Source: Spirochaetota bacterium
GTDB lineage: Bacteria > Spirochaetota > Spirochaetia > Treponematales > UBA12059
Direction: 5' to 3'
Length of the DNA: 64,000 nt
NCBI GenBank assembly: GCA_018816345.1
Contig: JAHIWG010000097.1
Location: forward strand, 463 to 64,462
Under the pieces are notes generated by a model. It saw only the letters and a list, made by a program, of their open reading frames with translations. It was not told the DNA's origin and did not search any database. The first letter of the stretch is position 1, and each line of letters begins with the position of its first letter. Shown here in pieces: positions 18,594 through 28,207 of the stretch. The position numbers and the translations under genes are program-made.

Positions 18594-18675
18594 TGCGGCG
18601 AAGAGGACTTGAACCTCCATGCCTCTCGGCACTAGCACCTCAAGCTAGCGTGTCTGCCAATTCCACCATCGCCGC
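18594..18675 (-). tRNA. tRNA-Leu (anticodon GAG)
   Basis: Minus-strand sequence GCGGCGATGGTGGAATTGGCAGACACGCTAGCTTGAGGTGCTAGTGCCGAGAGGCATGGAGGTTCAAGTCCTCTTCGCCGCA. It has a 7-bp acceptor stem, anticodon stem CTAGC/GCTAG with loop TTGAGGT, a long variable arm (TGCC-GAGA-GGCA) and a GGTTCAAGTCC T-loop. CCA is not encoded. Confidence 0.9.
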
Positions 18676-18718
18676 GGGCAGATCGTCGAAGGCCGTTCAG
18701 GGCCGCTCGACGGGGACT

Positions 18719-18748
18719 TTTATACCTGAAAGCCGGAGTGCTTGTCAA
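18719..18748 (-). promoter_or_regulatory. Possible promoter for tRNA-Leu (TTGACA-18-TATAAA, minus strand)
   Basis: The -35 element is the reverse complement of 18743-18748 and overlaps the EIIA stop. The -10 element is the reverse complement of 18719-18724, about 43 nt upstream of the mature tRNA 5' end. Confidence 0.4.
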
Positions 18749-19221
18749 GCGCAGGTAGCGGGCGGATTATCCGTTCGCAGGATCGCGAGCGCGAACGAGC
18801 CGGCGTCGGGCGCGGCGAGGGCGGACGACCGGAAATCGTCGTCGCAGAGCACACGGGCGAGCCTCGAGAGGAGCCGCAGGTGAGCCGCCGCGGAATCCTT
18901 TGGGCCCACGATCAGGAACACGAGCCGGGCCGGGGTACCGTCGGGCGCGCCGAAATCCATGGGCTCAGCGAGCCTGATGGCGGCTACGGCCGTCTCCGGC
19001 GCGGAGTCGTCCTGGGCGTGCGGGATAGCGCAATCGTCGCCCAGTCCCGTCGGCGCGAGAGCTTCGCGCTCCATGACGGCCCGTATGAGCGCGTCGCGGT
19101 CGGGCGCCTTGCCAGCCGAGGCGAGGAGGTCGACGAGGGCCGTGATCGCGTCTCGCTTGCATGCGGCCACCACGTCGACGGCTACGCACGCGCGGTCGAA
19201 TACCGCTTCAAGGCCGGGCAC
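18745..19221 (-). CDS. PTS EIIA-2 domain protein (PtsN / EIIA-Ntr-like)
   Basis: 158 aa with a GTG start. It contains the PTS_EIIA_2 phosphorylation-site context GDDCAIPHAQ and a C-terminal LLSRLARVL segment. No other PTS genes lie nearby. Confidence 0.75.
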   Translation of the reverse strand: MPGLEAVFDRACVAVDVVAACKRDAITALVDLLASAGKAPDRDALIRAVMEREALAPTGLGDDCAIPHAQDDSAPETAVAAIRLAEPMDFGAPDGTPARLVFLIVGPKDSAAAHLRLLSRLARVLCDDDFRSSALAAPDAGSFALAILRTDNPPATCA

Positions 19222-19222
19222 G

Positions 19223-19570
19223 CTAGGCCTCCTCTTCGGAGCGCTCGGGACCGGCGAACCAATCCACCGGAACGGTGAACATGACGCCGACGCCCGGCGT
19301 TGAAAGGCCCCCGACCACCCTATCGACGAGAGGCTTGAGGCGATCGAGCACGCGGTCGTCCCTGACCACGGAGAGGATCGTCTTGTTCCTAGGCTTATTG
19401 CCTTTCATGAAGTCCTTGAAGTCCGCGAAAAGCGGGACCTCGTAGGCGAGGAAGCGTCCCATGCCCTCGGAATCTAGTATGGTAGCTCCGGTCACGCCGG
19501 CCTCGATATAGGCCTCCAGCACGCCTTCCAGGCACGTCTCATCGTTCAGCACGAATACGAGCAGTCTCAT
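19223..19570 (-). CDS. Small P-II-like (GlnB/DarA-fold-like) signalling protein, tentative
   Basis: 115 aa. It has the N-terminal beta-alpha-beta pattern MRLLVFVLNDETCLEGVLEAYIEAGVTGATILDSEGMG and a C-terminal GVGVMFTVPVDWF, reminiscent of P-II-like c-di-AMP/nitrogen receptors. Its stop lies 1 nt before the EIIA start. Confidence 0.45.
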   Translation of the reverse strand: MRLLVFVLNDETCLEGVLEAYIEAGVTGATILDSEGMGRFLAYEVPLFADFKDFMKGNKPRNKTILSVVRDDRVLDRLKPLVDRVVGGLSTPGVGVMFTVPVDWFAGPERSEEEA

Positions 19571-19717
19571 AAGGGCCTCCGGTCGCGGACAGTATCGGCG
19601 GTGGAGGCCGCGTTTGTCAAACGGGACATCGGCGCGAGCCGCGCCGCCGAAGCCATGCCGAGGGGGGCTCTCCGCGGCCGTTTCGCTTCCGCGGCCGCGG
19701 TTAGTATATTACGTCGC

Positions 19718-20518
19718 ATGGGACTATACGAAACGATGGCCGAGGCCTACGACGAGCTGTTCCCGCCCGCCGAATCCGCGCGGTCCTTCTTCGGCCGCGC
19801 TCCCGCCGACGGCTCGGGGCGGCGGCCCCTGGCAATAGACCTCGGATGCGCCACCGGGGCGCACGCGGGCATGCTTTCGGAGCTCGGCTGGGACGTCGCG
19901 GGCGCCGACCCCTCGGAGGCGATGATTGCGGAGGCGATAGACCGTCGGGGGCGCTCGGGCGGCATACGGTTCCTGGTAGGCGGGATGATGGACGTCGGCG
20001 CTATCGCTCCGGGGCGGGGGGCGTCGTTGATCGTCTGCCTCGGCAACACCCTTCCCCACCTGGAGAGGGCCGCCCTAGGCGACTTCCTGTCGCGAGCCGC
20101 CGCGGCCCTGGGGCAAGGCGGCCGCCTGGTCGTACAGCTGCTCAACTACGCGCGCATCCTCTCGGAGCGGCCGGCGCGGCTTCCGGAGATACGGGCGGGA
20201 GGCTGGAGCCTGCGCAGGGCCTATAGCTATCGCGACGACGGCCTCATAGGGTTCGTGACCGAGCTCTCGCGCGGGTATCCGCCCGTATCGTCCGCGGCCG
20301 GCTCTCGCGGCGCCGGAACTCCCGAGGCCGGCTCGCCGGAGGGCCGTTCCCCTATCCAGGCCGACGAGACCAGGCTCACGCCGTATATCGTCGACGACGT
20401 GCTAGGGGCCGCCTCCGTATCAGGCCTGGAACCGAAGGGCGTCTACTCGTCATGGACTCGGGAGCCCTTCGATCCCGGGACCTCTACGGTCGCCCTGCTA
20501 GAGCTCGGCCGGGCCTAG
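19718..20518 (+). CDS. Class I SAM-dependent methyltransferase
   Basis: ATG at 19718 ([15 protein letters not shown]) and SAM-binding motif [14 protein letters not shown]. The ORF-track start at 19601 adds an implausible Arg/Ala-rich leader. Confidence 0.75.
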   Translation: MGLYETMAEAYDELFPPAESARSFFGRAPADGSGRRPLAIDLGCATGAHAGMLSELGWDVAGADPSEAMIAEAIDRRGRSGGIRFLVGGMMDVGAIAPGRGASLIVCLGNTLPHLERAALGDFLSRAAAALGQGGRLVVQLLNYARILSERPARLPEIRAGGWSLRRAYSYRDDGLIGFVTELSRGYPPVSSAAGSRGAGTPEAGSPEGRSPIQADETRLTPYIVDDVLGAASVSGLEPKGVYSSWTREPFDPGTSTVALLELGRA

Positions 20519-22348
20519 CGAGGCGGCGGGCGCCGCGGGATCCGACCCGAGGCTGAAGAACGACACGGCCGACTCCAGGAGGTCGGCTCGTCCCGACAGC
20601 TCCTCCGCCGAGGCCGCCATCTCCTCGCTCGCCGCGGCGTTGCGTTGCACTACGGTATCGAGCTGGACCGAGGCCGCGGCTATCTGGGAGGCGCCGGCCG
20701 CCTGCTCCTTGGTCGCCGACGCGATCTCAGCGGAAAGGTCCTGGTTGCGGGCTATCTCGGGCAGGAGCGTCCCGAGCTTCGCGCCGGCGTCCAGCGCCGC
20801 GTCCGCGCTACGCTTGGATAGGCCCGTTATCTCTCCGGCCGCCTTCTGGCTACGTTCCGCCAGCTTCCTGACCTCGCTCGCCACGACTGCGAAGCCCTTG
20901 CCGGCCTCTCCAGCCCTAGCGGCCTCTATCGCCGCGTTGAGCGCCAGCAGGTTAGTCTGCCTCGCTATCTCCTCGACTATGCTAATGCGGGACGCGATCT
21001 CCTTCATCAAGGCCGCCATGCCGTCGACGGACGCGCCGGCCTCCTTGGCCTCGGATGCGACCCTGGCGGCGAGCGATTGGGCCTCGGAGGCGGCGTCGGC
21101 GTTACGCGACGCCGTCGAGGACAGCTCCTCGGCCGACGAGGAGAGCTCCTCGACGGAGGCCGATTGCTCGGCCGCGCCCTGGGACATCTCCTCGCTCGTC
21201 GCCCCTAGCTCCTTCGACTGCCCGGCTAGCGCCACGGTAGAGGCCCTGATATCGACGATGATCGACGCCAGCCTCGCCTGCGTCGCGCCCAGCGCCTTGG
21301 CGGCCTCTCCGAGCTCGTCCGTGCGCCTCATCGCCTTGGCCATCGACGCGGCCGAGGCCGCGTCGCCAGAGCCGAGCCGGCCCTCGGCCAAGCGTACGAG
21401 CCCGTCCGTTACGACGCGCACGGGTCCCGTGACCATAGCCCCTATGCCTACCGAGACCATGGCCGCCAGGGCCAAGGCCGCCGCGGCCCCGATCATCTGA
21501 TCGACGGCCAGCCTGCGCGCGGTCGCCTCGAGCTCCACGGTCGGCGCGGATACTCCCAACCGCCACCCGGGGGTGCCGGGCACGGAGGCGCCTACGAGCG
21601 TCATGGCGGTTCCGTCGGGCTTCGCGTACGTCGAATGGGCGCGTTCGGCCGCTAGTATGCCGGCGGCGGCCGCCTGGAGCCCGGTGTAGCCCGACTCGTC
21701 GGACCTGAGGGTATCCAGGGCCATAATGGCCTTAGGGTCGGGATGCGCGATGACGAGGCCCCGCTGGTCTATTATCCATCCGTACCCCGTCTTCCCGAGC
21801 GTGACGCTACCCGAGAACGACCCGAGGTACTCGAGGGAGACGACCGCGCCGAGCAGGCCCGGGCGCGAATCGCCGGCGGACTCGACGCGGCGAGCGAAGA
21901 CGATGACGGCCTTGCCGTCGGTCTTCGACAGCACGGCGTCGGACACGACGGACGGCTTCCCCTCGAGGACGGCCTGCTTGAAGTATTCCCGGTCGGCGAT
22001 GCTGCCGGTAGCGCCCTCGGACGTACGGAAGGCGCCGGACGAGTCGGCTACGAGCACGAAGCGCACCTCGGGGGGCATGCGGCTCGAATATTCCTCGATG
22101 AAGGCCGTCGAGCCGGACCTGGCCGCGTCGAGCGCCATGAAGTCCAGCAGTAGGCCTATCTTCTCGATCATCCGACCGAGCTCGTCCGCCCTCGCGGCGG
22201 TAGCCGCCTCGGCTGACGCATACGTCTCGGCGCGGGTCATGCGCCCGACGACGACGACCGACACGGCCGTCAGTCCCGTTAGCGCGGCGGCGACGAAGAC
22301 GCCGATTATAACGGCGATAGTCGCGGCTAATCGCGTTTTTCTCATCAT
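20498..22348 (-). CDS. Methyl-accepting chemotaxis protein (TM, Cache-like sensor, HAMP, signalling domain)
   Basis: N-terminal TM helix, a periplasmic region and a second TM helix. Conserved tip [42 protein letters not shown]. Confidence 0.9.
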   Translation of the reverse strand: MMRKTRLAATIAVIIGVFVAAALTGLTAVSVVVVGRMTRAETYASAEAATAARADELGRMIEKIGLLLDFMALDAARSGSTAFIEEYSSRMPPEVRFVLVADSSGAFRTSEGATGSIADREYFKQAVLEGKPSVVSDAVLSKTDGKAVIVFARRVESAGDSRPGLLGAVVSLEYLGSFSGSVTLGKTGYGWIIDQRGLVIAHPDPKAIMALDTLRSDESGYTGLQAAAAGILAAERAHSTYAKPDGTAMTLVGASVPGTPGWRLGVSAPTVELEATARRLAVDQMIGAAAALALAAMVSVGIGAMVTGPVRVVTDGLVRLAEGRLGSGDAASAASMAKAMRRTDELGEAAKALGATQARLASIIVDIRASTVALAGQSKELGATSEEMSQGAAEQSASVEELSSSAEELSSTASRNADAASEAQSLAARVASEAKEAGASVDGMAALMKEIASRISIVEEIARQTNLLALNAAIEAARAGEAGKGFAVVASEVRKLAERSQKAAGEITGLSKRSADAALDAGAKLGTLLPEIARNQDLSAEIASATKEQAAGASQIAAASVQLDTVVQRNAAASEEMAASAEELSGRADLLESAVSFFSLGSDPAAPAASLGPAEL

Positions 22349-22422
22349 TCTGCCTTTCTCTACGAGCGGCGTACTATTGATGCGAGACGAAAGGTGCGAT
22401 ACCGCAAATAATGATAAAAAGG

Positions 22423-22451
22423 ACTATAGTGCAGGCTTTAGCAGAGCGCAA
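22423..22451 (-). promoter_or_regulatory. Sigma-70-type promoter for the MCP gene (TTGCGC-17-TATAGT, minus strand)
   Basis: The -10 element is the reverse complement of 22423-22428 and the -35 element is the reverse complement of 22446-22451. It lies about 75 nt upstream of the ATG at 22348. Confidence 0.45.
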
Positions 22452-22474
22452 ACGCTAGGCCGAGAATTCGTACG

Positions 22475-23254
22475 CTAGATTACCGATATCCGCGCGACCG
22501 TCAGGCAGCGCCCGCCCTCGCCAATCTCGAACACGGCGCCCGACACGATCGAAGGGCCCTCGGCGACCTCCATCTTTATAGGCATCTGGCTCAGGTTGCG
22601 CTGAAGGCACCCGTCGACCTTGACCCCGATGATCGAGTCGACGGGCCCGGTCATGCCGAGGTCGCCTATGTATCCGCAGCCCTTGGGCAGTATCCTCTCG
22701 TCGGCGGTCTGCACGTGCGTATGGGTACCGGCGAACGCGGCTACGCGGCCGTCCAGGTACAGGGCGAGCGCCTCCTTCTCGGAGAACGACTCGGCGTGGA
22801 AATCGACGACGGCTATCGTCCCGGGCGCGAGGCCGGCCAGCAGCTCGTCGGCGCGGGAGAACGGCGAATCGATGGCGCTCATGCCCTCGCGGCCCTGCAG
22901 GTTTATGACGGCCCATGACGCGCCGTCCTTCTCGACCTCGAAGAGGCCTTTCCCCGGGGCCATCGCGGGGTAGTTCGCGGGCCGTAGGATACGGGGATCG
23001 CCGTCCAGCAGCTCGGCCGCGCCTTTCTTCTCCCAGATATGGTTGCCGCTCGTGATGACGTCCACGCCGGCCGAGAAGAGCAGGTCGGCCGTCTCGTTCG
23101 TGAGGCCGAAACCCGCCGCGGCGTTCTCCCCGTTCGCTACGACGAGCGCTATGCCGCGCTCCCGCCGCAGGCCGGGGAGCCTATCGGCGACCGCCTTGAT
23201 CCCCGCGTCGCCGATCACGTCGCCCAGCATCAGAATCCTTCGGAGCTCCGCCAT
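22475..23254 (-). CDS. ymdB: YmdB-type metallophosphoesterase (2',3'-cyclic-nucleotide phosphodiesterase family)
   Basis: ILMLGDVIGDAG, GENAAAGFG and VVDFHAE motifs. Located directly downstream of rny, as in many Firmicutes and Spirochaetes. Confidence 0.85.
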   Translation of the reverse strand: MAELRRILMLGDVIGDAGIKAVADRLPGLRRERGIALVVANGENAAAGFGLTNETADLLFSAGVDVITSGNHIWEKKGAAELLDGDPRILRPANYPAMAPGKGLFEVEKDGASWAVINLQGREGMSAIDSPFSRADELLAGLAPGTIAVVDFHAESFSEKEALALYLDGRVAAFAGTHTHVQTADERILPKGCGYIGDLGMTGPVDSIIGVKVDGCLQRNLSQMPIKMEVAEGPSIVSGAVFEIGEGGRCLTVARISVI

Positions 23255-23292
23255 CGGGCATCCCTTCCGCGGCCAACGCCGCCCGTAAAGAA

Positions 23293-23316
23293 CGGGCCGT
23301 CCCGAAGGACGGCCCG
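23293..23316 (-). terminator. GC hairpin between rny and ymdB (terminator/attenuator or processing signal)
   Basis: 10-bp stem cgggccgtcc / ggacggcccg with a 4-nt loop. On the minus strand it is followed by TTCTTTAC. Confidence 0.4.
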
Positions 23317-23345
23317 CTTAGTTCTACTGCTCGCGATCGCGCTAG

Positions 23346-24872
23346 CTATCGCGCGTACTCCACGATGCGGGTCTCGCGGATGATGGTCACCTTGATCCTG
23401 CCGGGATAGCGCATATCCGTCTCTATCTTCTTGGCGATGGACTTGCACAGGTCCTTGGCGTCGTCGTCCGAGACCTTCTCGTTGTTGACTATGATCCTCA
23501 GCTCGCGGCCGGCCTGGATGGCGTACGCCTTGTCGACGCCGGAGAAGCTCTCCGCGATGCCCTCGAGGCTCTCGAGGCGCTTGACGTAGTTGTCGAGCGT
23601 CTCGCGCCTGGCTCCCGGCCTCGCCGCCGAGATGGCGTCGGCTATCTGGCATAGCACGCTCTCCAGGCAGATAGGCTCGACGTCGGCATGGTGGGAACCG
23701 ATCGCGTTGACGACGCGGGGATCCTCGCCGAGCTTGCGGGCCAGTTCCATGCCTATCTCGGCGTGGTTCTGGTCCGAATCCGACTCGACGCCCTTGCCGA
23801 TATCGTGCAGGAGGGCGCCGCGCTTGGCCAGGTCCCTGTTCGCGCCGATCTCGGCGGCGAGCATGCCGGCTATGACGGCGACTTCCTTAGAATGCGATAG
23901 CACGTTCTGGCCGTAGCTGGTCCTGTAGTGCAGGCGCCCCAGGGCCCTGATGAGCTCGGGATTCAGGTTGTGGAGGCCGAGGTCGAAGACGACCTTCTCG
24001 CCCTCCTCGAAGATCTTCTGCGATATCTCGCGGCTAACCTTCTGGACGACTTCCTCTATGCGGGCCGGGTGGATGCGCCCGTCCGAGATGAGCCGCTCGA
24101 GGGACACCCTCGCGATTTCCCTGCGCACCGGATCGAAGCACGAGATGACCACGGCCTCGGGCGTATCGTCGATGATGACGTCGACGCCGGTCAGCGTCTC
24201 GAGGGTGCGGATGTTGCGGCCCTCGCGGCCGATGATACGGCCCTTCATCTCGTCGCCGGGTAGCGACACGCTCGTGACGGTCACCTCGGCGGTGACGTCG
24301 GCGGCGAGGCGCTGCATCGTCGTGACGAGTATGTCTCGCGTCCGCTTCTCGGCGCCGGTCTGCGCCTCCTGCTCGATCTTATTGAGCAGGGCCTGGGCGT
24401 CGTGGCGAGCCTCGTTCTCGAGCCCTTGGATAATGAGGCGCTTGGCTTCTTCCGGGCTAAGGCCGGAGATGCGCTCCAGCTCCTTGCGGTAACGCTCCTC
24501 CTGCCCCGACAGGAACTCTTCCTTAGCGCTGATAGCCTTATTGCGCTCCGCTAGGGCCTCGTCCTGTTTCTCGAGGGTCTCTACTTTCTTATCTAGGTTC
24601 TCTTCTTTCTGTAAGAGCCTGCGTTCGTAACGCTGTATCTCGGCTCTGCGTTCACGGGTATCCCGCTCCTGCTGGTTTCTCTCCCTGATGAGCTGATCTT
24701 TGGCCTCGAGCAAAATCTCGCGCTTCTGCGCCTCGGCCTGTTTTACCGCTTCTTGCGTTATACGCGCCGCCTTCTGTTCAGCGGCCGTAAGTTGAAATAT
24801 GGCATATAGACATCGGATCATCCATCCCAGGAAAAGACCAGCAAGAGGAAGGGCTATATACAGTATAGCCAT
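23346..24872 (-). CDS. rny: Ribonuclease Y
   Basis: N-terminal membrane anchor MAILYIALPLAGLFLGWMI, a K/E-rich coiled coil, a KH domain (GREGRNIRTLE) and an HD domain (LLHDIGK). Confidence 0.95.
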   Translation of the reverse strand: MAILYIALPLAGLFLGWMIRCLYAIFQLTAAEQKAARITQEAVKQAEAQKREILLEAKDQLIRERNQQERDTRERRAEIQRYERRLLQKEENLDKKVETLEKQDEALAERNKAISAKEEFLSGQEERYRKELERISGLSPEEAKRLIIQGLENEARHDAQALLNKIEQEAQTGAEKRTRDILVTTMQRLAADVTAEVTVTSVSLPGDEMKGRIIGREGRNIRTLETLTGVDVIIDDTPEAVVISCFDPVRREIARVSLERLISDGRIHPARIEEVVQKVSREISQKIFEEGEKVVFDLGLHNLNPELIRALGRLHYRTSYGQNVLSHSKEVAVIAGMLAAEIGANRDLAKRGALLHDIGKGVESDSDQNHAEIGMELARKLGEDPRVVNAIGSHHADVEPICLESVLCQIADAISAARPGARRETLDNYVKRLESLEGIAESFSGVDKAYAIQAGRELRIIVNNEKVSDDDAKDLCKSIAKKIETDMRYPGRIKVTIIRETRIVEYAR

Positions 24873-24988
24873 CGTATCCTCCTGTTTTAATAGAATATCA
24901 GCATCATTATAGTGAACGATCGACCTTTGTCAAGAAAACATGAAGGCCCCGGGGAAGGCCGGAGGCGCCGGCGCTATGACAACCGTCG

Positions 24989-25017
24989 TTGACGGCTAGC
25001 AAAACGCGTATTATAGT
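24989..25017 (+). promoter_or_regulatory. Sigma-70-type promoter for the RRM protein gene (TTGACG-17-TATAGT)
   Basis: TTGACG at 24989-24994 and TATAGT at 25012-25017, leaving a leader of about 100 nt before the ATG at 25124. Confidence 0.45.
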
Positions 25018-25123
25018 CGGCTATCATCGTCGCGAATCGTTAAGGCGATAACGGCGGTACTCAGCCCGCGTCGGCGGGCCGAACCATACCCGGCGTACAA
25101 GCCGATGCACGGAGATTCGTATC

Positions 25124-25399
25124 ATGTCGAAGAAAATCTATGTCGGTAACATGAATTACGCTACGACGGAGGATAGTCTCCGCGAGCTTTTCAGCCAGTT
25201 CGGCGGAGTCGAATCTGTCGCCGTTATCATAGACCGCGCGACCGGCAGGGCGAAGGGTTTCGGTTTCATAGAGATGGAGAACGACGACGCGGCCCAGGCC
25301 GCGATCCATACGCTAGACGGGCAGGAATTCGAAGGGCGCAAGCTACGCGTCAACGAGGCCCAGGAAAAACCGCGCGACTCGGCGCCCAGGCATTACTAG
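25124..25399 (+). CDS. RRM-type (RNP-1/RNP-2) RNA-binding protein
   Basis: RNP-2 motif KIYVGNMNY and RNP-1 motif KGFGFIEM. 91 aa. Confidence 0.9.
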   Translation: MSKKIYVGNMNYATTEDSLRELFSQFGGVESVAVIIDRATGRAKGFGFIEMENDDAAQAAIHTLDGQEFEGRKLRVNEAQEKPRDSAPRHY

Positions 25400-26352
25400 A
25401 GCGTACAATCCGGAAAGGGCTCCAAGCCTAGCGAGGCTCCGACGAGGCGGAATCGCTCGGGTATAGGGGCCCTGAATACGGACGGCTCGTCGGCCCCGGG
25501 CAAGCGTATTCGTAGCTCCAGGGCGTGCAGCATGAGCGTAGCCTCCGGGAATCGCCTGTCGGGCTCTCCGTAGATAGGATCGCCTAGTATAGGGCACCCT
25601 AAGGCCTTGCAATGGACGCGGAGCTGATGAGTGCGGCCCGTCCGCAGCCCGAGGGCCAGCACCGCATAGCCTCCCGCCTCGGCCACTACCCTCCATTCGC
25701 TTATAGCCCGCTTGCCTATACCCTCCTCGGAGGGGGCGAAGCGCTTCCTATCCTTAGGATCGCGCGCGAGCCAGCCTTCGAGCCTGCCGGAATCGGACTT
25801 CGGCCTTCGCCTGACGATAGCCGCGTACGTCTTGACCGTCGTCCTGGCGCGGAACTGGGCGGCGAGGAGCTCCTGGGCCGCCGCGGTCTTGCCCGCGACT
25901 ATGACGCCGGAGGTATCCTTGTCGAGGCGATGCACTATCCCGGCTCGCGCGGGCGCCGCCAGGCCCGAGGCCTCGAACCTGCCCAGCAGGGCGTTCGCTA
26001 GCGTCCCGCTCCAATTGCCGTGGGCGGGATGCACGACCATGCCCGCGGGCTTGTCGATCACTATGACCGAGCCGTCCTCGTACAGCACCGACAGGGGAAT
26101 ATGCTCCGGCGACGAGGCCGACGAGCGGTCCTCCTCGTCGCGGAGCAGGACGACGAAGGCCTCGCCCTCCTTGAGTGGCCTCGAGGGCTTGGCGTCCCTC
26201 CCGTTTACGGAAGCGGACATGAAACGGGCCTTGAACTGGCTGCGGCTTACCGCGCCCAGCTCGTCGGCGACGTATCGGTCCAGCCGAGCCGAGCCGCCGG
26301 GACCTACCGTCCCCTCTAATCTAGCCATCCGGGATTCTCCGTGTCTCGCCAC
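25396..26352 (-). CDS. RluA-family pseudouridine synthase (RluD-like, S4 domain)
   Basis: S4-like N-terminus (RLDRYVADELGAVSRSQFK) and catalytic motif HRLDKDTSGVIV. An alternative start exists at 26328. Confidence 0.85.
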   Translation of the reverse strand: MARHGESRMARLEGTVGPGGSARLDRYVADELGAVSRSQFKARFMSASVNGRDAKPSRPLKEGEAFVVLLRDEEDRSSASSPEHIPLSVLYEDGSVIVIDKPAGMVVHPAHGNWSGTLANALLGRFEASGLAAPARAGIVHRLDKDTSGVIVAGKTAAAQELLAAQFRARTTVKTYAAIVRRRPKSDSGRLEGWLARDPKDRKRFAPSEEGIGKRAISEWRVVAEAGGYAVLALGLRTGRTHQLRVHCKALGCPILGDPIYGEPDRRFPEATLMLHALELRIRLPGADEPSVFRAPIPERFRLVGASLGLEPFPDCTL

Positions 26353-26435
26353 TTTACCCGTTGCCGGATAACGATCTATACTGACCGGATCGTAGTATAT
26401 ACTAGTTGCAGCGATCGTTGGGAGACGCCAATATC

Positions 26436-27233
26436 ATGTGGGAGCCATACGACGTTCCGAGGAGCGAGGGAACGAGGATACATCGCATCGGCGACGCGCT
26501 CGTCTGCATAGCCGTGGAGATGACGGGCGCGGGCGACCTTCTCGCGGCGATGCCCGTCTACCCGGAAGCGGGTACGCAGAAGAAATCGCTCCGAAAAAAG
26601 GCGGACCACGCCATCGCGCTCCCCCCCCTCGAGGACGGAGCGTGGAGCAGGTTCTTCATCGGCAAGGCGGAAAGCTACGAACTATCGCCGGGATACCCGC
26701 CCCTCCCCGCCTGCGTTAGCCTGAAGGAAACCTTCTCGCTTCCCCCCGGGGCCACGCTCGACGGCTGGATCTTCTCCCGCGTAGAGGCCCGCGTGCTAGT
26801 AGCGGGGAATGAGTTAGCGTCGTTCCCCCTCGTAAAGCCGTACAAGACCCTATACGGCACTCCCGATGCCGGGGTCGTCTGCAGGCACGACGAGGCTCAG
26901 TTCCTCGCGTCTAACGAACCGATGTTCGACTCGCTCGTGACCGATCCCGGACTCGTGGCGCATCCCGTCAGGCTGAAGAACGCCTCCAGCGAGCCGGTAC
27001 GCGTCACGGAACTGTGCATCTACGGCGAGCAGCTGTCTATCTTCGGCGTCGGCACGAATATGCAGAGCGAACGGCTCCTATTTATTTTCAGCTCGTCGGG
27101 CGTGAGGATGAGCCTGGACGGGCAAGGCCCGCTCCCTAGCGGGGCGACGGTGCTAGCCAAGCCGAAGGTCTCGGGCGAGGAACGATTCATCGTGCGCTCG
27201 TTCGAGCTCTTCAAGGCCATAACGAGGTTATGA
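26436..27233 (+). CDS. Hypothetical protein, translationally coupled to the MscS gene
   Basis: ATG at 26436 (MWEPYDV), with an alternative TTG at 26406. 265 aa, no motif I recognise, and ATGA overlap with the channel gene. Confidence 0.6.
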   Translation: MWEPYDVPRSEGTRIHRIGDALVCIAVEMTGAGDLLAAMPVYPEAGTQKKSLRKKADHAIALPPLEDGAWSRFFIGKAESYELSPGYPPLPACVSLKETFSLPPGATLDGWIFSRVEARVLVAGNELASFPLVKPYKTLYGTPDAGVVCRHDEAQFLASNEPMFDSLVTDPGLVAHPVRLKNASSEPVRVTELCIYGEQLSIFGVGTNMQSERLLFIFSSSGVRMSLDGQGPLPSGATVLAKPKVSGEERFIVRSFELFKAITRL

Positions 27234-28111
27234 TGGGAGAAGAAGGCGCGGCGATAGCCGAGGCGGCACCGGTCGCCACCGAGGCGGCCTCGAGGCTCCG
27301 GGAATTCTTCCCGTCTACGGGACCGCTGGGACGGTTGTTCACCATGGATACCGCCATAATCGTGGTACGAGTGCTCATCACCCTCGTCCTCAGCCTCGTG
27401 TTCGTAGGCCTCGTCGTCACTATCCTGCGGAAGGTATCGAAGAAGCGGATGGACGCCAGGACCGGAGGCCTCTTCGTGAAGGTGGTCCAATACCTCGGCC
27501 TCGCCTTCGTCGCCTTCGCCGTCCTCGACGCCGCTAACGTGAACCTGTCCGCCCTGCTCGGGGCGGCCGGCATCGTCGGAATAGCCATAGGCTTCGCGGC
27601 ACAGACCTCCGTCTCCAATTTCATAAGCGGCATCTTCATCGTGTCGGAGAAGACGTTCACCCAAGGCGACGTCCTTAGCGTCGACGGCACCTCCGGAATC
27701 GTCTATTCCATAGACGCGTTCTCGATCAAGCTCAGGACCTTCGACAACCAGCTCATCAGGATACCTAACGAGACCCTCATCAAGACGAAGATGGCTAACA
27801 TCACCCGATTCCCGGCGAGGCGCCTCAATATCGACATCCTGGTTACCTACGACAGCGACATAGAGCGCACCAGGGACGTGCTCCTGGAGGTCGCGGCCAA
27901 GAACCAGGACGTGCTCAGGAACCCCGAGCCCGTCTTCATGGTCAAGGAATACGGCGACAACGGCATAGAGCTGTTCTTCGGCGTCTGGTGCGCCTCGGAC
28001 GAGTGGTTCCAGGGCAATAACAGCATGAAGATAGACATAAAGAAACGGCTGGACGCGGAAGGCATACAATTCGCCTATCCGACGGTCACCGTATACTCCA
28101 AGAAGGCTTGA
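27230..28111 (+). CDS. MscS-family mechanosensitive ion channel
   Basis: TM helices followed by the pore/beta-domain signature GIAIGFAAQTSVSNFISGIFIVSEKTFTQGDV...IRIPNETL. Confidence 0.9.
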   Translation: MMGEEGAAIAEAAPVATEAASRLREFFPSTGPLGRLFTMDTAIIVVRVLITLVLSLVFVGLVVTILRKVSKKRMDARTGGLFVKVVQYLGLAFVAFAVLDAANVNLSALLGAAGIVGIAIGFAAQTSVSNFISGIFIVSEKTFTQGDVLSVDGTSGIVYSIDAFSIKLRTFDNQLIRIPNETLIKTKMANITRFPARRLNIDILVTYDSDIERTRDVLLEVAAKNQDVLRNPEPVFMVKEYGDNGIELFFGVWCASDEWFQGNNSMKIDIKKRLDAEGIQFAYPTVTVYSKKA

Positions 28112-28148
28112 TCGCCGCCGTGGCCCGCGGAAGTACCGGCGTTTCCAT

Positions 28149-28177
28149 TTGACTCGGAGCGGGGAATGACGTATCGT
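28149..28177 (+). promoter_or_regulatory. Possible promoter for the cNMP-binding protein gene (TTGACT-17-TATCGT)
   Basis: TTGACT at 28149-28154 and TATCGT at 28172-28177, with RBS AAGGAGAA before the ATG at 28208. Confidence 0.35.
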
Positions 28178-28207
28178 GTCATCGCTTAAGCGTCGAAAGG
28201 AGAACCC

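Noticed and set aside
16100-18700. Calling the helicase patch a mobile element or genomic island.
   Set aside because: There is no integrase, transposase, relaxase or phage gene in or near it. No second att copy lies at its left edge (16001-16121 scanned by eye). GC looks like the surrounding DNA. I report only the tRNA-end scars as repeats.
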